64,000 nucleotides of DNA from Corallochytrium limacisporum Hawaii. Taxonomy: Eukaryota > Protista > Pluriformea. The stretch spans positions 53,802-117,801 of the forward strand of contig PDIP01000057.1 of NCBI GenBank assembly GCA_002811645.1. Reading direction: 5' to 3'. The position numbers and the translations under genes are program-made. The notes below the pieces were generated by a model, which had not been told where the DNA came from, ran no database searches, and saw only the letters and a program-made list of their open reading frames with translations. Below are positions 21,330 through 33,000 of this stretch, piece after piece (positions within the stretch are counted from its first letter, which is position 1; each line of letters starts with the position of its first letter).

Positions 21330-24300
21330 ACATAATTGGAATAGATCGAGCCGGAACGGCAACACAAAGTTCACCATGCCGCTAAAGCATTCCCAAAATG
21401 GAATAGATAGTTTAGGTCACTGACTAGCAGCTCTGATAGTAAGGAATATTGGCGTACTATTCGATGGTGGCAGTGGAACGAGGACCTGTCCGAGAAACAT
21501 GACTGTTTGCGCGGGGACAACAAGCGCCGTCGCGTCCCGACCGCTTAAGAGCAAAGGGGTCGGGCGCATTTTGATTGTTTAAATTTTGATTTGATTGTTT
21601 TGATTTTAATTCTGATCCTAAAAGTTCCATTGTTTTATTGATTTATTTGCTCGCTGGGCTCTGCACTCGCGCGAGAAAACTGGTTCACACAAAGCTGCAC
21701 CCGGAAATGATACGAGATGTCTGCAGTACCACTTGCTCTAAAGAGTGGCGGGACAACCTTTTCTCGCAACCAAGTTCCCCGCGACGGGGCGGCCCCAGGA
21801 AGAGGGGCGGATGAGACGCACGGGAACAAGGAAGGATTGGCTGGGTAGTAAACCTGGGCACTGTTGTATGTGTTGGCATCATTTGCGGGTCTTTTGATAC
21901 AACGATATCTTGACAAAAACCCCCAGCCTCCCTCTACCTCCTCCTCCCCTTGAGGGAGGGAGGAAGCGGGCGGCACATTTGTCAGGTGCGCCCAGGCAAG
22001 GTAACGCGGCGAGAACTTGCACGTACCCCCAGCCCAGTTAAACGTATCACTTGAACAAGGGGAGCTGCCGGACACAGGGAGCCACACCGCAGCAGTCTTT
22101 AGGAATCAAGTGCGTCACCGATCCAGCGGCGAACTAAAGGGCTGCTGATGCTGCTGCTTGACATTCGGCCATGCTTTCAGGTATAACTGGCTCGGTCTGC
22201 CAACCCCACACTTGGGTCGCGCGGATAGACCGCAAACAGCCTGCAGGTTTCAAAAGAAACCTGACCTCGCACTACGGCAAGGCAACCCGAACTTCAAACG
22301 AGAAATGAATGACAGCTAGAGACGAAGGAATGAGAAGCAATTGAGTGGTCGTACACCGCAGGAGCCAAGCGATAAACCATATATGTCGCTTACGACATCA
22401 AACGGCGGGGTGAATGTTTAACTAATCGCAGCCTGGAATCTTAAGACCAATGCTGAGTTCCAGATTTCTTCATTCTGAGAAGCCGAATTCATTCGAGACC
22501 AGGCATTGGTTGTGCACATCGCATATACATCTTTATCAATGCTTATAAGGGTGTGATTTGTTCCGTTTCCTATTAATACTAAAACAACGCATTTTTTTGA
22601 AATCCATTTGTCATCGTATCTCCTTTTGTATTTGGTGAGAAGACTGGACGATGCGTGCAGTGCACGGATGATGTTGATGTGAGGCAGCCATTGCGTTCGA
22701 TCTGTGTCTGCGACCCGCAGGTCATACTGAGCTGTTTTGCATGGTGCCATCATCATTCTTCATCAAGATAAAAATCGTGAGTGTTTAAGGTATGTGTCAG
22801 AGGTACCATTTACTTCCATTGCCATGCCATGAGCACTTGCTTCCCTTTCAGAAGAAACAAATCACACAGGTGCTGCTGAGGGTCTGCATCCGCTGCGCAC
22901 TTCGCGTAACTTTTGTTGCACACGAGTTGGGAAAGCGGGATGCCATCGCAACGGCATTGCTACGCAAGTTCTGTGAAAAAATGAACTACAATGTACCCCT
23001 CGTATGCGTCGAAGAGTAGAAACGAGTCGTGCTTTCGGTTGCTCCAACCGGGCGGTATATGAAATTTCAAGTAAACTCCTTCCAATGCACTTAATCATAT
23101 CAGAACGTAAACCATTGCAAACCCCCTACTGCAATGATTCAAGAGATTAGGGGTTTCTATTTGTTGGGCGGAAGAGGTCGTACTTGTCGACCACATTTAA
23201 CATAGGCGTGTCGCACAAGTCCCAAGCTGGGGAGCTGGTGGCTGTGCAACAGAGGAAGTGTTGGGGACCCTACGACATCCCACAATAACTGTAGGATCGC
23301 GATCTCCTTATCAAAAAGGTATGTCAAATCCCCCCTCCGAGGAAGTGCCCGGGCCGACTAAAACTTACGTGCGAGGAGTTCCTTAGGCGCATAGGGGCGT
23401 TTTCAGTTTAGCGGCACAAGAGTACACTAGTGCCCTGTTGGGCGCTTACAACTAGGAGAAACTAGGAGATGTACATGCCGGATCTGGTGGCTTGGTGTCT
23501 GTATGCCTTCTTGTATGTGTCTACGGCGGGCCGATGTTCACACTCGCTAAATTGAGAACGGTCCAAGCACGACTTCCATTGACGACCCCCGAGCAGGAAT
23601 ATCGAGTGGATTTTGCGCTCTGGTTAACCATCATGGCCGAACGCAAACCCGGAGCACCCAAGACAGTCAATTTTCGACCATGATAGATCCCATCGTTCTT
23701 TATATCCCATTCCGCTGCTGCTGACAGGACTGCTAGCGTGCTGATCTCCCGTCCCTTGTCATCAACATCCTCAATCAGCAGGAACCATAGCAGCCCACTG
23801 ACATGTCTCAGGGGACCTGTCTGGTGCCTTCCTCTCTTTGTTTGTCTCCAGACACTTAAGAGTGCCTCTAGGAGAAATATGAATCAATACCGTTCAGCAT
23901 GCGAGGGCGTAAGATCTTGGCAGCACCGTACACCTACCCTGGCATTCGCGATCGAGACACAGTTCATGCGATAGCAGAAGATGCGTAAGGCAATCAATCC
24001 TGTGGTCTTCCTTGTTTAGCAGATTTCGTGTCACAGTGCATCGTCGAGGAAAGTGGATCAATACCGGCTGTGATAAGGTTTTGTAAGCCCGTCATCGTCA
24101 CCATTTGGGACTAACTTAACCTTGGACGCGCCGACACACCTTGTGCACGCAGGATCAGATTCAGCAGTCTCACAAAACCAGATCAGTGCTACGGCTAGAT
24201 ATCCCAAAATCTTAGTCGCTGACGTCCCAACAGTCGTGACATAGTCCTCTAGAGCACTTGCTTTGAAGACTCGCAACCAGACAGAGATATCCGCTAGCAA

Positions 24301-25908
24301 TGCGAACTGTTCCGGCTTGTTCAACCTTGCCTTTCTGAGGGTTCGCAACTCCAGTGCCTTCGACCGTAGAGCGTCAGTCACACTATACACGATACTGAAT
24401 CACCTCCTTTGGTTCAATTACGTGAGCAAAAAAAAATCTCACAAGGGTCACCGCGTTTCCCGTAAGTTGTGTACAACGCACCCTGAAACACTCGGCCCCT
24501 TTAATTGAGCACGGAGTGACGGTAGGGAACACGGCGCCCGGACTTAGGGGTGCGGGTTCTTTCTTCCGCCGTCTACAATTCGGGATTTAAACAAGAAAAC
24601 TGACGCTGACTATAGACGGCCATTGCAAGCCAAGGGCGGGAAGATATTTTACTCCGCAGCTTCATAATACAGCACGGTCATGAAAATTTGGTGTTTCGCG
24701 TCCCTGCACCGCAAGCATGAAGCAAATGAAAAGATTCATAGATGTGCAACCATCACGCATCACCGTGGTATGCACTGCTGCCTTGTGCTATCCGGTTAGT
24801 TCTGGCATTGGGCACTGCCCCAAAGCGAATTACCTCCAACATCTCGCCAAGTCGCTTGCAAGATATTGGAAAGCGGAAGATTGACCGACTACGATTTTGG
24901 ACGAAAGGATCCCTTACTAGCTTTATTCAAAGCCGGAATACCAGCATTTGCATATTGGGGAGGAGTACCCGAGCCAGGGTTTCTCCTGGTTAGCAACATT
25001 TGGGAGTGTGGTGTGTTGCATATTTGATCTATTGTGCTTCAGTTTTGCCAATGCCGGGGTACCTTCCAGTGTTGTACATGCATACTGCCACACAGTCTTG
25101 CTCTCTGACTGCCGACAGAGCAGTTGTGCCAAATATCACCCTCAAGACCATCACATCCTCTCTTGATATCCTTAAACAGGACGCGAGTGTGGGTACAGGG
25201 CGATATACCCATACAAAGTTAGTACCGAGGAAAGCAGGGACAAGCCCAGATGGTCTCAAGTGCTTTGGGGAATCTCCTCTGCGTCCGGTAACTCCTGCGA
25301 AAGAGCGCGCTCCCCGCCCCCTGGAGCCTGGGACGGTGCTTGGAAATTCCTCACCGGTTGTTTACTGATCAACACGAAAACATACAGAATATATTGATTC
25401 AAATAACCTATTGATCCAGCCATCTAAATCCTGAGAAGTGCTGGGCTGGATACGGTAGCTACCATCAAGTGGATTGGAGACCATGTTATGGCCCAATCCA
25501 AGCTTACATGTAGCATGTAAAGCAACACACATGATCATGAGATCTATGTATGTCACCTCAAACCCGAGTTCTGATGATATAGAGGCATACGTGACGCCAA
25601 TGATGGTGGTTTCAAATCCTAAGAATCGTGGGATCCGATCCACCAAGGTGTCTCGGTAGCCGCACCACGCACCGAGTGTTCCTGTGTTGAAGACAGTATA
25701 AAATTGTTCAAAAGCAAACTGGAACTTCATCAATTTGGACGTCAGGGTATGTATATCTATAACGATACTGGTCTAAACTCTACATGTAATAAAGTATGGA
25801 TATGCTACTATGGATATGATGGAAAAAAATGTCATGGAATATGGATATGGATGCGCTTGCCTATGGCGAACGTGGAAGCGACTTAATGTTTTTGATATGC
25901 CCACACAT

Positions 25909-26148
25909 TTACATATACATGTTGTTGAGACTAAGACGGCGGCTCTTAGACGCAGTCATGCGCTGGCGAAAAGTGCGGCTAACATAAGGAGGAGGTAGCT
26001 CCGCAAAAGACACACGGTTAGATCCTTCAGAGCGAGAGCTGCCCTCATCGCTAGTGCTGACGGAAGAAACGCTCATGCGGTCGCGGGAATGCTGGGACAG
26101 ACGGCGCTGAGCCAGAATGTCATCAATAGTAAACTCAACTGCCTGCAT
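25909..26148 (-). CDS. Putative 79-aa disordered microprotein rich in short linear motifs
   Basis: Start context acaacaATG; motifs FTIDDIL, RVSF, PPPY and RRLS twice; promoter-like G/C tracts upstream. Confidence 0.6.
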   Translation of the reverse strand: MQAVEFTIDDILAQRRLSQHSRDRMSVSSVSTSDEGSSRSEGSNRVSFAELPPPYVSRTFRQRMTASKSRRLSLNNMYM

Positions 26149-26886
26149 TGTTGTACTGCGTGCTTGTGTTCTATTGATCTATGTCCACGATTAGTGTTTT
26201 ATCGTGTTTCGTAGATGGATACTAAAGTGTGTACTACTGATCTAATGGAATTACAATGTAATGTGCTGACACTGAGCTTTAAGTACCCCGAGTCGTGGGC
26301 GCCCAAAGGTTCATCTCTATTGCGACGGGTGTACACAAGTACTGGTGCGGGTCCTTAGGCTCGGAGACCAAAAGTTAAGACTGTCCACTACTTGGTGTTG
26401 GTGAGTACTGCGGAGCGCGGTACTGTTGGCCTGTACTGCCACCACCGCTTCCTTTCCCTCCCCTCCAGGTCCACTGTTCCTTCCTTCCTTTCCCCCCCTC
26501 CCTCACCTTCCCTGTCTTCACCGCACCCTCCTTTCCCCTCATCTCAACTCTAGGAGCGTCTTTTCCCCTCGCATTTCGTCTCTGTTTGGAATCCCCGCAA
26601 GAGTGCAGAGCATTGTGTAAAGTCACACAGGGTGAGGCCCAACGAACGACCACAGAGTGCAAGTTGCCATAAAAGCACCCTATTTTGGCATGTGCATTTT
26701 TCCATTTTCAACTTCCCGTTCTACTCGCCGCGGGAGTTCCTACAGAGTCTACTGTATTAGTATTGTAGGATCGACTCTCATCACCGCCGGCACCGCTATG
26801 CTATGAAACAGGTTGGGAAGTTCATTGCAATTATCAAATACTTTCCGAAGACTCCCGTTCCCGATCCCCTCCCCCCTTCCCCCCCC

Positions 26887-27088
26887 NNNNNNNNNNNNNN
26901 NNNNNNNNNNNNNNNNNNNNNNNNNNNNNNNNNNNNNNNNNNNNNNNNNNNNNNNNNNNNNNNNNNNNNNNNNNNNNNNNNNNNNNNNNNNNNNNNNNNN
27001 NNNNNNNNNNNNNNNNNNNNNNNNNNNNNNNNNNNNNNNNNNNNNNNNNNNNNNNNNNNNNNNNNNNNNNNNNNNNNNNNNNNNNNNN
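26887..27088. other. Assembly gap (N) flanked by poly-C
   Basis: Run of N. Confidence 1.
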
Positions 27089-30000
27089 CCGCCCCGCCCA
27101 GGGAGAGGAGGGGGCTCCTCCCAATTTCTTAATGTTTCAAATGCGGTGGTGAAGGTGGCAGAAAGAGAAAGGGGGGGGAAGGTTTAGAAATGTGGTCCAA
27201 GATGAACGTTTCTATTGGGGCTGGGGAGAGAGTGTGATTTGATGACAGACAAGAAGGGTCCCGGAACTCATTTGCTTGAGGACGAGCGCACACAAAACGA
27301 ATCCTTTGACGACTCAACTGTATGCGCACGTAGACAGTGCCCTGACCACGGCAAGACCCAATACATTTTATATGTCGAGCGTCCTAAGCGCATTCGGACT
27401 GTTTGGTCAAAAAGTAGTTTCTGCTCCGTGTCTCCCTCCTGCTTATGCCCCTGTACATTTATTGTGAGTGCTGGGGCTGTTTCAAGCGCATTCGGACTGC
27501 CGAGTCCCACTCCTGCGTGGTCGTGTGCGACAATAAAGAATCAGTAAAGAATCTCTTTGTATATGGTCCTCGCATGACCAGAATTCTAGAATTGAATGTA
27601 CTGAGTGACGGAAAACATCAGTCTCACAGAGGGAGGGCTTGCAGACGGTTTGCTCGATTTGACATACGTGGGGCTTTCACCTATTGTATACCCGTCCAAA
27701 GCATGACTACATGCCATTTACTTTCAACGTCCAATGCGCATGCGCCCAGTTTGATTTTTTTTTTTGAAATTGATATCCATGTGGGCCCGTACGCCCTCCA
27801 AACCGGCAGGGAATTTCTTTTCACTTTTGCTTGCGGAGGAGAGAGGTTACCGGGTGGGGGAGGAGAGGGGGATTGGCACCAGAGTCTGATCGCGGGTGGA
27901 TCGGTTCCGACCATGTGTAGCTGGCATGGAGTATCGCAGCGTCAGGGCGGGAATTGGGAGGAAAGCTTGTCACTTCCCCATCCGCACTTCAGCAAAGTAC
28001 AAGTGGTTGTTATCCCTTGCACTTGTCCGTTTCTCAGCTCCAAGCGTAGCGTCGTAGATAGCTCGACGCTACATTGAACACTTTGCAGAATATGGTAAGG
28101 AACAGGACAAGTTGGGTTTGCATTCGCCTTGTTGTCACTGAGAGAACAGTTGACGCCGACGCCTTGTTGGTTGCACTGTGTGTGAGCACACAGCCTGCAG
28201 GGCAATCACATTTGTCACAAGCTCAGCAGGTTTAGGCTTTGTTTTTTGGAGCTTCCATCCTGACTTCCTGGCCAAAACATGTGTGTTTGGTATGACTGGG
28301 CTTGTTTTAGCACGGTGCTACTGGTGGGCTAGTCATTGCGGCAATCGATGACCTCCTGCATTAAATCCTGGACGATGCCCTTGGGATTTCTTCGATTGAG
28401 GAGTTGATCCGTCAATAGCAGAGCACCGTGTTCGATATGGTAGCGCATTCCAATGACTCTTTGGAGGCTGTTCCAACCAACTTCCGAGGTTCAGAGTACC
28501 GCATTGTCACAACGCCGATGGAATTGCTGTTGTGATTTTGCTTCGTGTTCCTTCCTAAGTGGAAACAGGAGGAACGGTGAGACACAACAACAAGAGGCAC
28601 AGAAAGACGTCAAAGCTGCTGCCGCAAAATTTTTTCGTCCAAATGCGCTGGTATCTGTGTGCGTGGGTGTCCCTCCTCGAACAGAAACAAATATGGAGCC
28701 TCACTAGTGTATTGACCCGCGGATCCCTAGTGCACCTCTATCTTCCAGATAGAGTGGCGGTCGCATTTGTGGAAGCGAGTGTCCAATGACCGTGCAGCAT
28801 TGCAGACGGGGCGGTATCGTCACACACTCCATGTATGTTGACCTTTCTTTCTTACTTTGGAAAGAGAGTCTGTGAACACCACTACTACTCTCCTAGGGCC
28901 CCACTGCACTACGACCATGGAATATATTGTGCAAGAGGCCACTCAGACTCTCCACCTCACAACTCACCCCGACCACAGTGGTAAGGCTCCACTATGACGG
29001 CTATGTAGCTGAGTTAAGCAGTTAGAAATACGGCGGAAAGAATGTTCTAAGCGCTTCTGGACACCTCCCCTTCGCTGCTGGCTGACCGTAAAAAGTAAAG
29101 ACCTTGGTCTGGCGACGAACTGAAATATTCAAGCTATCGTGTTGATCGACAAAAGTTTGGTAGTCGTCTATCTCCCTTCCCCTCGACCCTCCCCTCATCC
29201 CGCCACGGACGAGAAGAAGGGAGAAGGAGTAATTGTCTCAAGAAAGTAGTTCCTGGAATGGCAGCCTAACATAGCTCCTCTATGTCGGAGTAAAGAGTAA
29301 GGGTGTGCTTGTGGTATACAAACTCTGAAAGTAGCGTCAAGGGGAACGCGCAGAAGCGTGTTCAGCCAGTATCTGCTAAGTACACCCCACCTTTAGGAAC
29401 TCCTCGGGTTTATTAAGATGCTGAGTACATTGAAATTCAGCATCTTTGGGACTTCCTCCATACTTCAAGGACCTCAGCTTATGAGTATGTTATTGGGTGC
29501 GGAAAAGGCTTTTGAGGAAACACTGCTAATCTTGTTGATGCCCGTGTCCTGCTGGAATTCAGCACACTCAGATCCTCATTGATATTTTTCGCACACGATT
29601 TTTCAATCTACTCTTCCTCGCATCATTTTTTCCTATGCGCAGGAATGGACGGAGAAATTTTCAAATCAGCATCAGAAAGAAGAGGGGATGGAGGAGGACA
29701 AGGGACGGGCTGCCTCTTGTGCGACCAAACTGCTGCCTCTGCGTTGTATTTCGTGATGGATCGTATACCATCAAACTCTGTCTGCTGATCCAATGAAGTA
29801 TTTTGAACGAACAGAAGAAGGATCAAAACAAACGGGGATCAGCAAACATTCCGCCTGAGATAGAACAATAAATCAACCAAAATTTGCAGAAAGAACCACA
29901 ATAGTGACAACGACATAAAGAAATCCGGAGTCTGTTTCCCAGAGGATCAGAATGGAATTCTCAGCCGAGGAAATGCCGCGGAATGATGCTAATGTGACGC

Positions 30001-33000
30001 GATGGTGCAGTCTGTCCGAATTTCTCGTGGTGCACGACTACTATATACCATCTTGCTTCTCTGTTTACATTAAGGCACAGACGTCACGGTTTGCCTGGCA
30101 GCAGTCCGTCTCCACTTTAGGTACGTGTGGGTGCATTGAACACGCCTGGATTCTAACTCACGTCAATTTGAATTTTACAAACGCAGGTACAGGTTTAGGG
30201 TTACCTTGGAGGTACTAGTTCCATACAGAACCTATTCCTCGGAGTGTGGCAATACATTGAGACTCGAAATAAGCGTGGATTCCTGAGCCCAGTGGGGTTT
30301 TAAAGAATAATTCCTATCTGCAGGCTGTTCCTTCCTTTTCAATAGGGGACTTTCATTCTATCACAGTTCGGGGTACGGTTGGCTATAGCCATTGTGTCGG
30401 GTAATTCTAACATACGCACTCCACAAATACGCTCCGCTATGAATGTATGCTTGAGCTGTTTCTTTCTCGTTCCTCATGGGCTCTTATTTTCAATGAACGT
30501 CAGAAAATATGTCTTGTTTCATTCTACACGGACTCTACATAGAGTCTGCGGGGTGCCACTACCGCGATGCAGCCATATCGTGTACAACATTTCTAAAGTT
30601 CTCAGCGATTCAACATAGTGGACTGTTGCACTTGTATACATCCTGGACACATTCTTGCGATATTTCCCGGCAGCAAAGGGGATTCTATTTCGCTGTGCGG
30701 TACCAAATTGATCCCAAGTGACCGCGCTCCGGTCCCGAGTGAGTCCAGGAGTCACGAAGTTTATATATGATCTCCAGGCCCTCGCACAAGATGAAAACAG
30801 AGAATATTTGGTCCAGTGGTTGTGGTGCTGATGGAGACCGGTGATTGCTTCGCCCTTCGCAGTGGTTGTTTTGAAGAGGTACCAGTCCGTAAACGAGGCC
30901 CCTTGGCTTTTGCATTTCCCGCCAGTGCCGGGAAGGGTCTCAACTGAATATTTGAGACAAAACAGCCAGTCATCTCTCAATTGTATTTACATCCCATTCT
31001 AGGGGCGAAGACCAACCCCTTCTTCTAGTCAAAATAAACTGTGTTTTGTCTACGGGAGTTATAACGTTAGCAGTGGGCAGTGACTTTTTGTTCAACAAAG
31101 GGTGAGCGAGAGATGGGACAGTTAAACGATGTGGCGGTTTTGAGACTACACAAATAGGCAGGTGTTAAGAACCACACTTTAGAATGGTTACAGGCACCAA
31201 GGACGATCAGCAGCTCGGGAAGAGCTGGTCAGTGGGGTACTACTTCTACCAACCCACTCCGGCCCAATAAGCATCGGTGTCAGGGAGCTGCCCCATCTAG
31301 CCTACACCACGGCCCCACTCCGATGATGCCTTATTCGATCCCGTGTTTCACCAGAGCGCAAAAGTTACTCAACCATACAGGACTGCAACAACATCACATC
31401 ATACAGAAGCTCCATGCCTTGTTTCTTTCCCGGTGTGCACATCCCATATTGGGCAGTCAAGAATGTGGCTATCTTGGTATGCACCAATAGTAACTGCTCC
31501 AAATGGCACATAAAGAAGAATGAGAGGACAAAACATACGCGACCCCAACAGAAACATGACAATACAGGCAATCCACAACAGTGAGAAAGACATACCGAAG
31601 GATGCACCAACATCGTATCAGAGTACACTACACGTGCCGAGTGTGCCCAAGCTCATTCAGATATGCATGCAACGCGCGGACCATTGTAAAACGGCTTCAT
31701 GAATTTGTCCAGTGGCCACGGGGGTTGAGTAGGAGATAATCTCTGTGGGGCCACTTGCATACTATCGAAACTGACCATCGGTTTCTGGGTGTGTAACCAC
31801 GAGAAAAGTTAGTGTTCATTGGAAGTCGAAAGTGCCGATACCATTCCATAAAAACAGGGCTTGACTACAGTTGTGCAAGGTAGAGAGAGACAGCGAATAC
31901 TCAATTCGATCTATATGACGTGCAATAGTAATTGGCCCGACGTTTGTTGTCAATTTGAAACGAGCGCTTAGGATTTGAGACTAAACTCCAAACATCAAGC
32001 GATGCTTATGCTGTTCCATGTGACCACAGTTTCGGTCATCGCGGAGGTGGCCGCTGCATTCAGTGACCTGAAACTCACTTTGAATGGTCAGAGAAATGTC
32101 CAAATGGAGGAAACCTGGTGTGACGGTGACCGATCATTCCTGTAAATGGGCTTTTGCAATATCCGTTCCCCGATTTTCCAGCCAACTTTTGGTCATATCA
32201 ATGGTCGATCGCAATATAACCATGGTTATGCGCACCTCTGTAGAGGTTTTGTGCTATCTACACCGTGTCCCTCTTTCCGTGCATGCGAATACAATAGCTT
32301 ATAAATTTCTTACAATTTCTAACCGCTTTGCATTGTATGCCCCGTGGTTTTTCCTCATCGTTTCATTTTTGTGTGTTCCGTCCCACCCATTTGCCACGTT
32401 TTCCGAGATGGGGCTCTTGCGTTGTTCCAGTTCTGACGGTCCCCAGACAAGCTTTTTCTCGGGTTGCAGCGGGACCGAGCTTGTCGCTCCTTCGGTAGAG
32501 CGGGTTAACAAGAAAAGCCTGAAACCCTGCTGTTTGTGCTGCTATGCACAAGAAAGCTGACACGAAGGCAGTCGACGCTCAAAAATGACAAAATATGATT
32601 TGACGTCGTCTTGTTTGAGAAACTAGTCGCCGTTTCACAGTTCTGGCAGTTGTCCTCACAGGCATGATTATCACCTTACAACTACTACAAATCAAAGGAA
32701 CAAAAGCCAAACTAGCTAAACTAGTATTACGTGCTCTATGATTGCGTGCTCACAGGCGGGGGAGTCCCCTCCGGGATATTTGTCACTCTTGACCTTCTCC
32801 GGGTCCCGTTAGCGAATAGTCACATATACTCGTCCTAACGCGATGGTCCCCGGTCAGAAATGACTGCACAGTGTTTGTTGTGATTCTCTCCTGGTGGGCA
32901 CTGGAATGAAAAGATTCCTAGAAAAAAACACGTACCAAGGGATATCCGCAAAACCAGGACCCATTCCATCGGTCTTTGCGTGGCCTTCCCGCATTACTCT

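Noticed and set aside
24395-24410. CTGAATCACCTCCTTT resembling the bacterial 16S 3' end, or a Shine-Dalgarno before the GTG ORF 24058-24390 (-)
   Set aside because: Flanks do not match rRNA and there is no other bacterial signal. Probably chance.
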